Positions 47,625 to 59,290 of a DNA stretch of 64,000 bases are shown here, in pieces. Source of the stretch: Macrostomum lignano (lineage: Eukaryota); NCBI GenBank assembly GCA_002269645.1, contig NIVC01000105.1:225992-289991 (forward strand), given 5' to 3'. The notes under the pieces were generated by a model. That model saw only the letters and a program-made list of their open reading frames with translations, was not told where the DNA came from and made no database searches. The position numbers were made by a program, and so were the translations under genes. Within the stretch, counting starts at the first letter, position 1. Each line of letters begins with the position of its first letter.

Positions 47625-50600
47625 TACAGACATACAGAAAGACAGACATACAGACCCTAAGACAGACAGTCAGACAGACAGACACTAAGACAGATAGAAA
47701 AGCAGGCAGGCGGACACAGCCACCAAGACACAATCACACATAAAGCAGGCAGGCACGCACATCAACTCAAACAAAAGCAGGCAGATGACGAAAGTTCTAA
47801 ACGTTCGTATAGAGAAAAAACAGTCAGAGCTGCCAGCAGAAGCTAACAGAAGTAGCTGCCAACCCCCGGTGCTCCCGAACTGCGTGCATAAGCAGAGCAA
47901 CTCAAAGCAACTACCATGGAACTCTGCCTAGATACTTGGCCTTTATAATTGCCAAGTCCAAGGGCTATTCTCAATCTTCAGCCTATATAAGCCAACTGAA
48001 AATCCATGCAGTGTCAAGCAGACAAAGGGCAAGCAAAATAAAGAATAATAGAAGATACTTAAAAAGAGAATGAGCGCTCTCTCTCTCTCTCTCTCTCTCT
48101 CTCGGTCTCTCTCTGTACGTGTCTTTGACTGTCCGACCACCGTCATGAGCAAAAGAAAACACGACCCAACCCTTACAGAGAGCCGGTTTGCTCTGTCTTT
48201 AAAGCTGGAAATTTTCCAACTGAAAATTTTAATTTTCAATTCCTATTCTTTGCCTAAATTCTATCAGGATTGAATTAAAAAGACCCCCGAGAAAACACAC
48301 ACTTCTATCTTTCCAACAACGAACCAAATGTTAATTAGGTGAACTGGAGAATAAATAGCGAATAAAATAAGTATTTAAACTTCCATGGCACAGCAAACAG
48401 AGGGCAGAACGTGACTAAAAGTCTGTTTTTTGTAGAAAAATACATTAATCTCGGAGCCTTTATAAATTAGCAGAATTTGAGAATATAACTGCAGTGTTTG
48501 TGTGGCCTCGGTTCATTTGAAGAATATTGTTCACCTGTTCTAATCTATTTGGGAGGCAATAAATTTAGTCATAGCTATACGTGAAAAGCAGATAACAGAG
48601 TTATTCTCAAAGAAAGAAATGGCGATTGAGAATTTGTGCTGGCAATGTAATGAAACATGTAAATCTATGACTAAGAGAAAATTTAAGCTGACATTGCGAA
48701 AACAGAGTACTAAGGAACAGAGAGGAAAGGAGAGGGAAGACGAAAGGAGAAAAGAGAGAAGAGGAGAGGAGAGAAAAGAGAAGAGAGGAGAGAGGAGAGA
48801 AGAGGGGAGAGGAGAGAGGAAAGAGATGAGAGGAGAGGAGAGGGGAGAGGAGAGAGGAGAGGAGAGAGGAAAAAAGATGAGAGAAAAGAAGAGAGAAGAG
48901 AGGAAGAGGAGAGGAGAGAGGAGAAATGAGATAAGAGGAGAGGATAGAGGAGAGAAGAGGGGAGAGAAGAGAAGAGGCGAGAAGTGAGGAGATGAGAGGA
49001 GGGATGACAAATGAGAAGATATAAGAGAGGGGAGCGGAGAGGAGATGAGATGAGAGATGACAAAGGAGAAGATATAAGAGAGAGGAGAGGAGAGGAGATG
49101 AGATGAGAGATGAAAAATGCGAAGATATAAGAGAGGGGAGAGGAGATGAGATGAGATCAGAGATGACAAATGAGAAGATATAAGAGAGGGGAGAGGAGAG
49201 GAGATGAGATGAGAGATGACAAATGAGAAGATATAAGAGAGGGGAGAGGAGATGAGATGAGATGAGAGATGACAAATGAGAAGATATAAGAGAGGGGAGA
49301 GGAGAGGAGATGAGATGAGAGATGACAAATGAGAAGATATAAGAGAGGGGAGAGGAGATGAGATGAGATGAGAGATGACAAATGAGAAGATATAAGAGAG
49401 GGGAGAGGAGAGGAGATGAGATGAGAGATGACAAATGAGAAGATATAAGAGAGGGGAGAGGAGATGAGATGAGATGAGAGATGAAAAATGCGAAGATATA
49501 AGAGAGGGGAGAGGAGAGGAGATGAGATGAGAGATGACAAATGAGAAGATATAAGAGAGGGGAGAGGAGATGAGATGAGATGAGAGATGACAAATGAGAA
49601 GATATAAGAGAGGGGAGAGGAGAGGAGATGAGATGAGAGATGACAAATGAGAAGATATAAGAGAGGGGAGAGGAGATGAGATGAGATGAGAGATGACAAA
49701 TGAGAAGATATAAGAGAGGGGAGAGGAGAGGAGATGAGATGAGAGATGACAAATGAGAAGATATAAGAGAGGGGAGAGGGGATGAGATGAGATGAGAGAT
49801 GAAAAATGCGAAGATATAAGAGAGGGGAGAGGAGAGGAGATGAGATGAGAGATGACAAATGAGAAGATATAAGAGAGGGGAGAGGAGATGAGATGAGATG
49901 AGAGATGACAAATGATAAGATATAAGAGAGGGGAGAGGAGACGGAAGCAAAATGGCAGGACAGAGAAAGCAAAGTTATCCCAGGAGCTAAATCGAATCCA
50001 ACAGCTGGAGAGCAGACCCGATGACAAAAGTCAAACAAATGAGCAGTCTACATAGCAGTCTTCACCTGACACCAGGATAGTCTGAGACTTTCCGCCAGTA
50101 AGATTGGCCAAACAGCCATCCTGTCGTTGCGACTGCAATCGCTGCGTGTTGGACCGGAGTTTGCGCAAATTATCAGCTAACACGGCCCTATTGGAAGACT
50201 CTGGACCGTGTTGCTGCTGCTGTTGTTGTTGCTGTTGTTGCTTTAGCAGAAAATCGTCCATTTGTCTTTTAGTAGTCGGACTATTAATATTACTAGAATT
50301 ATTATTCTCTAAGTTGTTCAACTCCGAACAGTGAATCAGAGGCATTGAAGCGGATGTACTTAACGAACTTCCACTGAGATGACTACCGCTAGACATTTTT
50401 TGTCTTCTTATTACAGATGAGTTGCCTGATTTTTAACAAAAATCTCAAAATTGAAACTATACGCCTACGATAGATGTGGACTCTGCAAGAGTCCTGTTGG
50501 AATGTTATTTTTAGAGCCTACGGGCCCGAGTACAGATAGCTAGCATGTGTATATATAGGAAGAACTAGAAGGAAGAGAGGGAGGGGGAGAGAGGGAGACA

Positions 50601-53600
50601 GAGAGTACAGAGTACAGGGCCGGATGCACTTACCCCTAACGTAGATCCTACAACCTACCGATCAATACGCTGATGCTGTGTCAGTGGTGTACATTAAGCA
50701 GAGGCTTTGGCCTGCTGGCAGGGCGTGGGGAGGGCGGGTAAGGGGAAGAGAAAAGAGGGAGGATGAGAGGGGGGAAAAATTCCCAAATTTAGCTTGAGCT
50801 GTAGCAGCTCAAAGGATGCAATGGGAAGAGACACGAGACTGAGGACAGGGAGAAAAATGGGAAGCCAAAAAAGCATGGGATGAGCGGATTCACACACGGA
50901 TCTATGTAGCTGCTAAACAAGATGATGGAGTGGAAATATAAGGAATGCAAAATGAAAAGAAATTTCTTTAGCAGGTCTGTTTGAACAGAGTTAAATAATA
51001 ATAAGAGGCCGACGGAGACCTTGCTTAGCCCTCTTCTCAGCTCTGCCATTGGACAGAATAGAAGTCTTTTTATTCAAGCCAGCTAGCATAATTTCTATTG
51101 GATAATACGAATGCAAATAGTACCTAGGCCAAGAAGCATTCCTAGAGTCGGGGCAGGTAACACAGGTAAAATATGTATGGCAAGAAGTGACTTTAGACGA
51201 ATTTTAAAAAAAAGGACGAGATGCCCCGGTTACAAATCGTCAAAGAGTCGCCTAAAAGTCAATTTGAGTCGTCTTATTGTTTTCTTCTTCTATAAATGAC
51301 TCTGCGGCCGTAGAGTATAGTCGTTATACTCGTAGAATCACTAGAGTTTTTTGTGATTTTTGTTTCGTTTTCATACGTTTTAGGCCTTAAAAGTGTGTTT
51401 CGTTGTCGAGAATAAAATAAAATACAACCCGGAAAATACCAACGTCTACTTGAGTTTAGTAGAAAGTTAAGCACATTTTTTGCAACTATACTCAGCAACA
51501 ACGCCACTTTTGAGAGTGCAGGTGAAGTCAATCTTTGCGAGTGACGCAACTTAGCTACGCCACGCGGCAGACTTGAGTTGAGGAATGAAGTGGGGGATAG
51601 CGGTGTGCGAGGGTTAGACAGATTGAAGCCACCCCGATCAGTATTCTCGTATTTTTTGTCTCAGAACAGTCCAAGATAAACTGCTCCACGGTTAGGCTGG
51701 GCACTGATATTGGGGAAAAAACTGCCACAAGATGGCACCTATGTACCATTAAACTACTGCCTTTCCGCAGTTCAGAAAGCCCACTCATCAAAATTCATGT
51801 GCCTATCTTTGTGTACAATCTGTGTACAATTGCTCTCATTAATTGCTCTCGTTAATAAGACAAGCAGAAATTTTTAGCAAGTGACAGACTTAATGTATAC
51901 TTGTACAAAAAAGAGTACAAGATTACAAGAAGTTTATTTAGGTTAATGTTTGTGTAGTATTATTGCTTGTTTTACTTGTTAACTAGCTTGTAAGTTAGTA
52001 AGTTAAATAATTTTACGATTTCTAACATTACAAATTGTTTACATTTAAATACTCAGAAACAGCATGGGTTTTATAGAAAAATTTCGAAATAACTATATTC
52101 TTTTTGTGTAGCAAGTTCCTCAAATATTAACCAGAACTACATGCATTTCTGCAATAATATTGCAAGGTACGCTCGTATTAGCATATAAAGTAGCAAAAGT
52201 ATGAAAGCTTTCTACAGTACGGGAGCTTGCAAAAATTTTAGTATTTTAAATTTATAGGGTCCTTTGAATACTACTTTACTGTAAGACTAACAACCACTGC
52301 CATTTCTTTTACCAGTAAAGCAGAAAACCGAGTTACCGGGATTAAATGTGGTGGCTGTTGTAAGCAACCACGGCGCGCAAAAGATTTTGGCCAAACTCAG
52401 CATGGTGCGCTGGCAGGCTGTACCGTGACCACGTTTTGGCAAAATCAGAGTGAACACTCTCCACTGCTTGCTCGCTGCAGCTGCCAAGCGCTTGCCCTGT
52501 CCGCCGGCAGAACTCTCCAACATGGCAAAAGACAACGTGAACTTTTGGGGTGACAGGTAAGCTTAAGCTCATGTAGGCCAGTCGAAAATTCTCAATTGCC
52601 TCTTCAAAGTCTGCCGCCAATTCGGTTCCAAAGGCGCTGCTGACCAGCCGATCGAACGCCATCAGACACGCCCCGTACGGCTGTAATGGTGGAGGCAGAT
52701 CAGCGTGAAGCTGCGGTGATTTGCGGAGCAGCTGGCGGCAGGCGTTTCCTTCCATCATGCCACCTCTGTAATCAGCTCGAATAATGCCATGCTGATGAGC
52801 CCACTCGAACGCGCGATTCGCACCCCAAGCTTCGTTGAGCTTGTCCAGCAGTCGGTTGCTGACTCCAAGGAGCAGGTGCAGCTCAGGTGGCGGCAGAAGC
52901 ATCAAAACTTCTTTGTCATCATCGCCTGGTAGCAGTGGCATGTTGACACAGTTTTTAAAGTTCTTTGCCTTTGCACGAACTTGGCCAGCTGCTTGAAACT
53001 GCTGAGCAAACTGCCGAATTCTCCCAAGAGTTCTTGGCACACCATTTTCTGTAAGAGGAGCCAGAGCTTCGCAATAGGGGCACGGATGTGTACAGGAATG
53101 AGGTTGCAGTCCGCAGATGATGTTTGCAACTTTCATATCTGCAGTGACTGGGATTTGAAGTTCGTTGACAGCGATCGCCTCTAGCAGAGCCTGAATATTT
53201 CCGTAAGTCTCAGGAACGTCGTTGACGATCGCAAGCAACAGGATCTTCTTGACACCCGTGTCACAGAATTTCCTGCTGTTGGCTCCTCGAGTTCCGATTT
53301 CGGGTTTTGCGTTAGAGCCAATTATCGAAACGCAAACTTTAAAAAATCCGCCGCCACCATCGAGACCCAGCAGACAGTGAAAATCATTGAAACTGCGTTG
53401 CTGAGCAACATGTGCAATGAGTTTGACCGAGTCGTTGCAGACAACAGTCGGGCGGCAAATAGTGTCGGCTGTTGCGGCAGTCGAGGTCAGCTCCGAGAAC
53501 TGGAGATTCTGGATGTCGAAGTAATCCTCTAATGCTCGATTTTGCTGTACCAAAATTTTCTTCAAGTTTGACTCGACTGCACGAGATGAGCTCGCGCCAG

Positions 53601-56600
53601 CACGAAGCACTTGAGCAGCCTGTAGCACTTGATTGTTGCTCAGATTCAGAGTTGTTTTCAAGTGCATCATAGTGTCCGTCCTCGTTGGAGGAAAGCTCGC
53701 ACTGCTGTTTTGAGCAACATGCACAGCAACTCGAATCGGATGGCCGCCTCGATGTCTGGCCAGAGTGATCGAATTCGAATCCGCCGTCGACCCACCCGTC
53801 TTTTCGGCAATGCAGTTGCTGGCCAGCATCTCCCTTGTCCTTGGGCTGACTGTTTGCTCAATGTTAGTCACCTTAGCTGTCGAGTTGCATTTGTGCTGTT
53901 TGCCACGCCCAACTGGAGAATGACAGTATGAGCAGGAAAGCACAGCCGTTGCTCCTTCAGCTGGTGCTGGGGATCTTTCGCGTGGTCGACCAGGTGGGGC
54001 TCGAGCAGGACCTGTTGTGTAAGGCGTCTTTGGATCGCTGCCTTTGTGGTGATTGCCACGAGCCATTTCGCACAGTTGGCAGTTGCAATCCGGTCTGCTT
54101 CTGGTGGCTGGAGGCAGACTCTTCATGTCGGCTATTATCTTCTCGTAATCTGGTCGCGGTGGCAGAGCACGAGGCGTCAGACTTCTTAGTGACGATAAAA
54201 CGCGCCTGCAGCCCTGGCAAACTCCTTCAGGTAGAAAGTGCCGCACTGCCTCGTAGTCCTGGAACAAGTCGGCTGCCACGGATTCGAAATTAGAGCAAGA
54301 AGAAATCAGCGCAGAAGCTCGTCTCAAGCAGAGCAGGCACAAACTTTGCCTGTTCTCGTTATGAGTTTTTTTTGTCGTTGGCATTGTAGACAGTACAAGC
54401 TATGCAAACAACTCTTTCAGTTCAGGCACTCGCTTGTTTTAGATCAAATAGAACTAGATCAAACCTTTATAAGTAAATTGAGCAGTATGATAACCAAGTT
54501 AACGCACCTGGCAGAAATATTACAAAGCAATTATAGATAAGATACTACTGTGTTATTACTATTGATAAATTCCTCTTTATGACTGCAATTATAAGGCATA
54601 AGCTACCTGTGGTGCAGCGTTTTATTGCTCAAGCAGATATGGGGCAATATTTACTCCCAAAGTCCTTTGTGGTCTATTCATAATTATCATCTGATTAGCA
54701 AAAATTCTATTAGAGCAATAAAATATTTTGTTTTAAAGTGTACCGAAACATATAGTGCCATACACAGCAAAGATAGGCACATGAATTTTAATGAGTGGGC
54801 TTTCCAAACTACAGAAAGGCAGTAGTTTAATGGCACATAGGTGCCGTCTTGTGGCAATTTTTTCCTCAATATCAGTGCCCAGCCTAACCGTGGCTCACTA
54901 GCGCATAGAGTGCCGATTTTTCAATGTTGCGCCCTCTGCAACTACAAGTTTAGTTATACCCACAGATACTAGAATAACCAGATGGGCCACTCAGCACATT
55001 TGCGTGTAAGCTACTTTCAGTTCAGTAGCAAGTTAAACAGAAGCATTTTAATGTATTTTTAAAGCCAAGGCTCATTTATTGCTCTTACCCCCCTCCCCCA
55101 CTTAAACCTCCAACCGCGCCTTTCCACACTACCCCACTCGCCCCGCCCCACCCTAATTTTTATTGCCTTTCTCGGGATTCCAGCCTAAAGCGGCCATGTA
55201 CATTTCAGTGGACTGGCTAATGTACATTACTGCCGAACCAATTAGCAAGCTGTTTACGCCTGCAAGCTTGGGCTTCTAAACTTATCAAAGTCATTTCAGC
55301 TGCCTTTATTTTTATAAAATAGCTTATGTATACTTCCTTGCTACTGAACTGAAAGTAGAAAGCTGTTTTACTAAGTATATATGCCTGAGTGGCCCATCTA
55401 GTTATTTTAGTATCTGTGGTTATACTAAAACAAAACCTTTGAAGGTCAAAGCTCCAGAATGCTTCAGCTGTGGAACTGGCGTTGCACAAAAATCTACTTA
55501 AGATAATAACAAATTCTATGATTATAAGATTCTATGCCAGACACAGAGCAGATAGATATTAGGAGTTCAAAGGACTTTGCAGACAAGCACACGGCACTGG
55601 AATGCTAACAAAAGATAGAAAAAAACACAGCTAAGATTGTACGGCTCGAGTAGACGAGCTGTCAATCAAACTGGACAAAAATCATGCGAATTGACAACAT
55701 CTAGTCTAAGAAATAAATACACAACAAAGAACAAAAAATGTATATAGACAAATATTACCAGATTTGATGTCAATTTGTAAGTAGGCCTGAAAATAAATAA
55801 TGAATTATTTAGCAATGAAAAACTAGACCTAATTCTCTTAGCTCCGATCTTATCACCTTTTTAAAATAAAACTCAAAAGATAAAAATCCGCAAATTCTCT
55901 GGAACTACTACTGACACTCACCGAAAATAAACAGTAGGGCATAACGTGTTTTTTGTATAAGAAGATAACTTACGGTTTTTATGCAAGCTGACGTATTTGC
56001 GATATTTTAATGTTATAATAATACAAATAATCGATTCTAAATGGCATTCTTAAAAAACACTTTAGGTCGATTCTTCAAATCCTAATAAAGTGATTCTCAT
56101 GGGGATTCTCAATGAGATTCTCAGGGTGATTCTCAGGGAGATATTCTGAGATTCTCAGGGAGATTCTCAGGGTCAATCTTATCTCAGACAGATTCTCAGG
56201 GAGATTTTCAGGGACATTTTCAGAGAGATTATTAGGGAGATTCTCAAGAAGATGCTCAGGGAGATTGTCAGGAAGATCTCAGGGTGAATCTCAGGGTCAA
56301 TCATAGGGAGATTTTCAGGGATATTTTCAGAGAGATTCTCAGGGAGATTCTCAGAGAGATTTTCAGAGGGATTCTCAGGGAGATTCTCAAGAAGATGCTT
56401 AGGGAGATTGTCTGGGAGATTCTCAGAATGAATCTCAGGATCAATCATAGGGAGATTCTCAGGGAGATTTTCAAAGAGATTCTCGGGGAGATTTTCAAAG
56501 AGATTCTCGGGAAGATTCTCAATGAGATTCTCAGGGAGATTCTCAATGAGATTCTCAGCATCTCAGGGAGATTCTCAATGAGATTCTCAGGGAGATTCTC

Positions 56601-57463
56601 AATGAGAATCTCAGGGAGATTCTCAGGATTTTCAGGGAGATTCTCAGAACCAATCAGTGATAAAATAAACGAATCAAATCACCAAATGCATAAAAACAGG
56701 CAATAGAATTAAATGGTTTCCATAAACAAACAAACAGCAGAGCAAACTCACTCCTCTTCTGGCTGGCAGCGTGCATAGCCGCAGTGAGCAGGTCGCAGCT
56801 CCGCTGCACCCTCGCCAATCGGTGATCCCTCCGTTTCAATTCTCTAACCAGCCTAGAAGACACCTGTCCAACCCGAAGCTTCAATTCGCGGACAAGTCTG
56901 GTTAATTCTTCTATTGGCAGAGCCAGCAAATCTTCTTTTCTAGAAGCGGCCGCGGCAGCAACAGCCGAGTGGAGTTCAGTGTCGCTAGGAGTTGAAAAAC
57001 ACCTGTTAGCATTCCGCCTAGCAGCCTGCTGTTGTTTGTACAGCGACAGGCCGCTTCTAAGAAATCCAAATCTAGACGTGATGGAAGCCGCCGATGCCAG
57101 CGCAGCCGCGGCAGCTGCTGCCGTAGCCGCCGACTCATTCGCCGTGTCCGTGTGCGTGTCCGATTCGAAACTCGAGTCGCCAAAAAATCCGCCAAATCCT
57201 CCAGCGCCGCCGCGCCTGCCGCCGTAACCATAGCGACCGCCGCCGCCGCTGAACTGCAAGCGATCGTAGATGTCAATCAACAGCGACTCGACTGTGGAAC
57301 TTCGTCTGGCGCTGCCGGTGCCGCTGTCGATCTCGGCTATTCCAGCTAGAAGATCGGGTTGCTGCCTCTGCTGCTGGTGCTGCTGCGGTGAGGACGCAAA
57401 AACGTCATCGCACGAGCCGTCGGTTTGAATCAAATCGCTCGACATGCTTTGCGGCAGTGCCAT
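38422..57463 (-). CDS. TBC1D30: TBC-domain Rab GTPase-activating protein, TBC1D30-like, ~986 aa (1106 aa with the 360-nt cassette exon)
   Basis: Exons 57463-56752, [50425-50066], 47030-46903 (QDAKLKFTIEP..GIPVEFRRK), 46130-45932 (IVKDLHRTGC), 43982-43569 (YARWNKRVGYCQGFN..YEPPLVNVFTIQWFLTLF), 43085-42783 and 39626-38422. All junctions are GT-AG and in phase. The R-finger (DLHRT) and Q-finger (YCQG) are intact. Confidence 0.88.
39815..41400. repeat. ~33-bp minisatellite (AAGAAATCGATAGATAAGAATCTGGCATTTTCC)n
   Basis: Visible period in the last TBC intron. Confidence 0.96.
42186..42357 (+). mobile_element. 172-bp palindromic MITE, CAT...ATG ends, 8-bp TSD
   Basis: Arms GCGCAACCTAGGGATTCACCCGGCCGTTTCTATTGGCAACACAC and their reverse complement are near-perfect. 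TSD GATTAGGA at 42178-42185 and 42358-42365. Central CACGTG. Confidence 0.9.
42358..42640. repeat. 21-bp minisatellite (GATTAGGATATTAGAATCTCA)n
   Basis: Visible period; it is the target of the MITE above. Confidence 0.9.
43105..43490. repeat. 21-bp minisatellite (GGGATTTATGATTTCTGAGTT)n
   Basis: Visible period. Confidence 0.92.
44000..44930. repeat. 23-bp minisatellite (GTAGGGTGAGATTCTTGAGGTTT)n
   Basis: Visible period running to ~20 nt from the exon acceptor at 43983. Confidence 0.95.
45340..45890. repeat. 24-bp minisatellite (GTGAGCACTGATAAGGGAGCCAGT)n
   Basis: Near-perfect period; open in several frames (pseudo-ORFs 45263-45927). Confidence 0.97.
46225..46810. repeat. ~31-bp minisatellite (GAGGGTTGTGAATGGTCCCTAAAGTATCAAG)n
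   Basis: Visible imperfect period. Confidence 0.92.
47365..47700. repeat. (GACA)n microsatellite with interspersed CCCTAA/CATA variants
   Basis: Visible. Confidence 0.95.
48720..49945. repeat. Purine-rich tract; 53-bp unit (GAGATGACAAATGAGAAGATATAAGAGAGGGGAGAGGAG...) from ~49000
   Basis: GACAAA recurs at 49165, 49218 and 49271; source of the 293-495-aa S/L/P pseudo-ORFs. Confidence 0.94.
51687..54892 (-). mobile_element. Full-length Chapaev-type (Transib/RAG1-related) DNA transposon, 3206 bp, in TBC1D30-like intron 1
   Basis: 125-bp TIRs (51687-51811, 54768-54892) begin CACGGTTAGGCTGGG with ~10 mismatches. 4-bp TSD GCTC at 51683-51686 and 54893-54896. Single intact transposase ORF. Confidence 0.92.
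52342..54384 (-). CDS. Chapaev-type DDE transposase, 680 aa, intronless and uninterrupted
   Basis: N-terminal H-x7-CxxC...P-x3-CxxC...CxCxxC, then CxxC-x8-HxC. Core GLDGGGG (D), ADMK (D), GLQPHSCTHPCPYC, PELHLLLG, HVVFCHV, SEQAVESVH (E) follows the order of Transib/RAG1 core motifs. Confidence 0.9.
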   Translation of the reverse strand: MPTTKKTHNENRQSLCLLCLRRASALISSCSNFESVAADLFQDYEAVRHFLPEGVCQGCRRVLSSLRSLTPRALPPRPDYEKIIADMKSLPPATRSRPDCNCQLCEMARGNHHKGSDPKTPYTTGPARAPPGRPRERSPAPAEGATAVLSCSYCHSPVGRGKQHKCNSTAKVTNIEQTVSPRTREMLASNCIAEKTGGSTADSNSITLARHRGGHPIRVAVHVAQNSSASFPPTRTDTMMHLKTTLNLSNNQVLQAAQVLRAGASSSRAVESNLKKILVQQNRALEDYFDIQNLQFSELTSTAATADTICRPTVVCNDSVKLIAHVAQQRSFNDFHCLLGLDGGGGFFKVCVSIIGSNAKPEIGTRGANSRKFCDTGVKKILLLAIVNDVPETYGNIQALLEAIAVNELQIPVTADMKVANIICGLQPHSCTHPCPYCEALAPLTENGVPRTLGRIRQFAQQFQAAGQVRAKAKNFKNCVNMPLLPGDDDKEVLMLLPPPELHLLLGVSNRLLDKLNEAWGANRAFEWAHQHGIIRADYRGGMMEGNACRQLLRKSPQLHADLPPPLQPYGACLMAFDRLVSSAFGTELAADFEEAIENFRLAYMSLSLPVTPKVHVVFCHVGEFCRRTGQALGSCSEQAVESVHSDFAKTWSRYSLPAHHAEFGQNLLRAVVAYNSHHI
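54961..55418. mobile_element. Second full 458-bp CACAG-MITE copy
   Basis: Near-identical to 37720-38177; TSD GTTATACC / GTTATACT. Confidence 0.88.
56095..56650. repeat. ~12-bp degenerate minisatellite (GGGAGATTCTCA)n
   Basis: Visible period. Confidence 0.9.
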
Positions 57464-57619
57464 TTTGCCGTTAGTTTCTTTCGCAATTTTTTTACAATAA
57501 AGGAAATATGTTAGCAATGCAGTTAATGAATAAGCAAAAGCAGTTTCACAAATTTGGACACCCAACCTAATACCCGCACAAGCTTCACAAGCTCGAAAAA
57601 GGCTTTACAGCTCGAAGAT

Positions 57620-58110
57620 TTACCAACTCGAATCTTTACAAACTCGAATTTTCACAAACTCCAATCTTCACAAACTCGAATCTTCACAAACTTAATTCTA
57701 TACAAAATCGAATCTGCACAAACTCGAATCTTTACCAACTCGAATCTTACAAACTCGAATCTTTACAAACTCGAATCTCACAAACTCGAATCTTTACAAA
57801 CTCGAATCTTCACAAATTCGAATCTGCACAAACTTCAAGAAGCTTCACAAACTTGAATCTTCACAAACTAAAATTTTCACAAACTCGAATCTTCACAAAC
57901 TTGAATCTTTACCAACTCGAATCTCACAAACTCGAATCTTTACCAACTCGAATCTCACAAACTCGAATCTCACAAACTCGAATCTTTACAAACTCGAATC
58001 TCACAAATTCGAATCTGCACAAACTTCAAGAAGCTTTACAAACTTGAATCTTCACAAACTAAAATTTTCACAAACTCGAATCTTCACAAACTCGAATCTT
58101 CACAAACTTA
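57620..58110. repeat. 15-16-bp minisatellite (CAAACTCGAATCTT[T]A/CA)n
   Basis: Visible period just upstream of the TBC start codon. Confidence 0.92.
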
Positions 58111-58509
58111 AGGCTTCAAATTTTTCTAATTTTTATAGCTTCACAAATAGACTATTTAAAGAAAAAAATGCTCATTAAGTTAGGATAAAAAACAAGTAAA
58201 ATGTATTGAAGATTAGTTGGCAATTCTGCTTCTTTTTATGTCTGAAATACAAATTAAAGTCTAAAATAAAAAACTGGTAGGCAACTGTCGGATAGCCATG
58301 CAGATAAAAAATTGAAATAAAGATTTTATTGTAAAAACAATTTTATCAATGGAGATTCTTTAACGCACAAAAAACCTACTATTAGGTTAGTGAAGCACCT
58401 TCAAAAGCCCTGAAAATCTGGAATAACCAGCCTATATATCGGCTGGTTTAGAAGTGTACATTGGGGCAATCTGACACTTTCGATATTGATCGTAATAAGT
58501 GGAATGAGA

Positions 58510-59290
58510 TGCCCAGCAACTGAGGATCTGGGAGGCTGGCCCAGCAACTGAGGATCTGGGAGGCTGGCCCAGCAACTGAGGATCTGAGAGGCTGGCCCAG
58601 CAACTGAGGATCTGGGAGGCTGGCCCAGCAACTGAGGATCTGAGAGGCTGGCCCAGCAACTGAGGATCTGGGAGGCTGGCCCAGCAACTGAGGATCTGGG
58701 AGGCTGGCCCAGCAACTAAGGATATGGGATGCTGGTCCAGTAACTTACACTCTGGGAGGCTGGCCCAGCAACTGGGGATCTGAGAGGCTGGCCCAGCAGC
58801 TGAGGATCTGGGAGGCTGGCCTAGCAACTAAGGATCTGGGAGGCTGGCCCAGCAACTGAGGATCTGGGAGGCTGGCCCAGCAACTGAGGATCTGGGAGGC
58901 TGGCCCAGCAACTGAGGATCTGGGAGGCTGGCCCAGCAACTAAGGATATGGGAGGCTGGCCCAGCAACTGAGGATCTGGGAGGCTGGCCCAGCAACGGAG
59001 GATCTGGGAGGCTGGCCCAGCAACTAAGGATATGGGAGGCTGGTCCAGTAACTTACACTCTGGGAGGCTGGCCCAGCAACTGGGGATCTGAGAGGCTGGC
59101 CCAGCAGCTGAGGATCTGGGAGGCTGGCCCAGCAACTGAGGATCTGGGAGGCTGGCCCAGCAACTGGGGATCTGGGAGGCTGACCCAGCAACTGGGGATC
59201 TGGGAGGCTGGCCCAGCAACTGGGGATCTGGGAGGCTGGCTCAGCAACTGGGGATCTGAGAGGCTGGCCTAGCAACTGAGGATTTGGAAG
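58510..59290. repeat. 28-bp minisatellite (GGCCCAGCAACTGAGGATCTGGGAGGCT)n downstream of the caspase stop
   Basis: Visible period. Confidence 0.96.

Noticed and set aside
48540-50038. ORFs of 495, 447 and 293 aa rich in S, L and P
   Set aside because: They come from the 53-bp purine/pyrimidine satellite in a TBC intron and are open in all three minus frames.
51687-51723. RSS-like look of the Chapaev TIR (CAC start, GAAAAAAC tract 21 nt after a heptamer), suggesting ProtoRAG
   Set aside because: Both ends are symmetric with no 12/23-type asymmetry, the TSD is 4 bp rather than 5, and there is no RAG2-like ORF or RING finger.
57464-57565. N-terminal hydrophobic extension of the TBC ORF (MGVQICETAF...)
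   Set aside because: Non-ATG start in AT-rich UTR-like sequence; the first ATG is at 57463.
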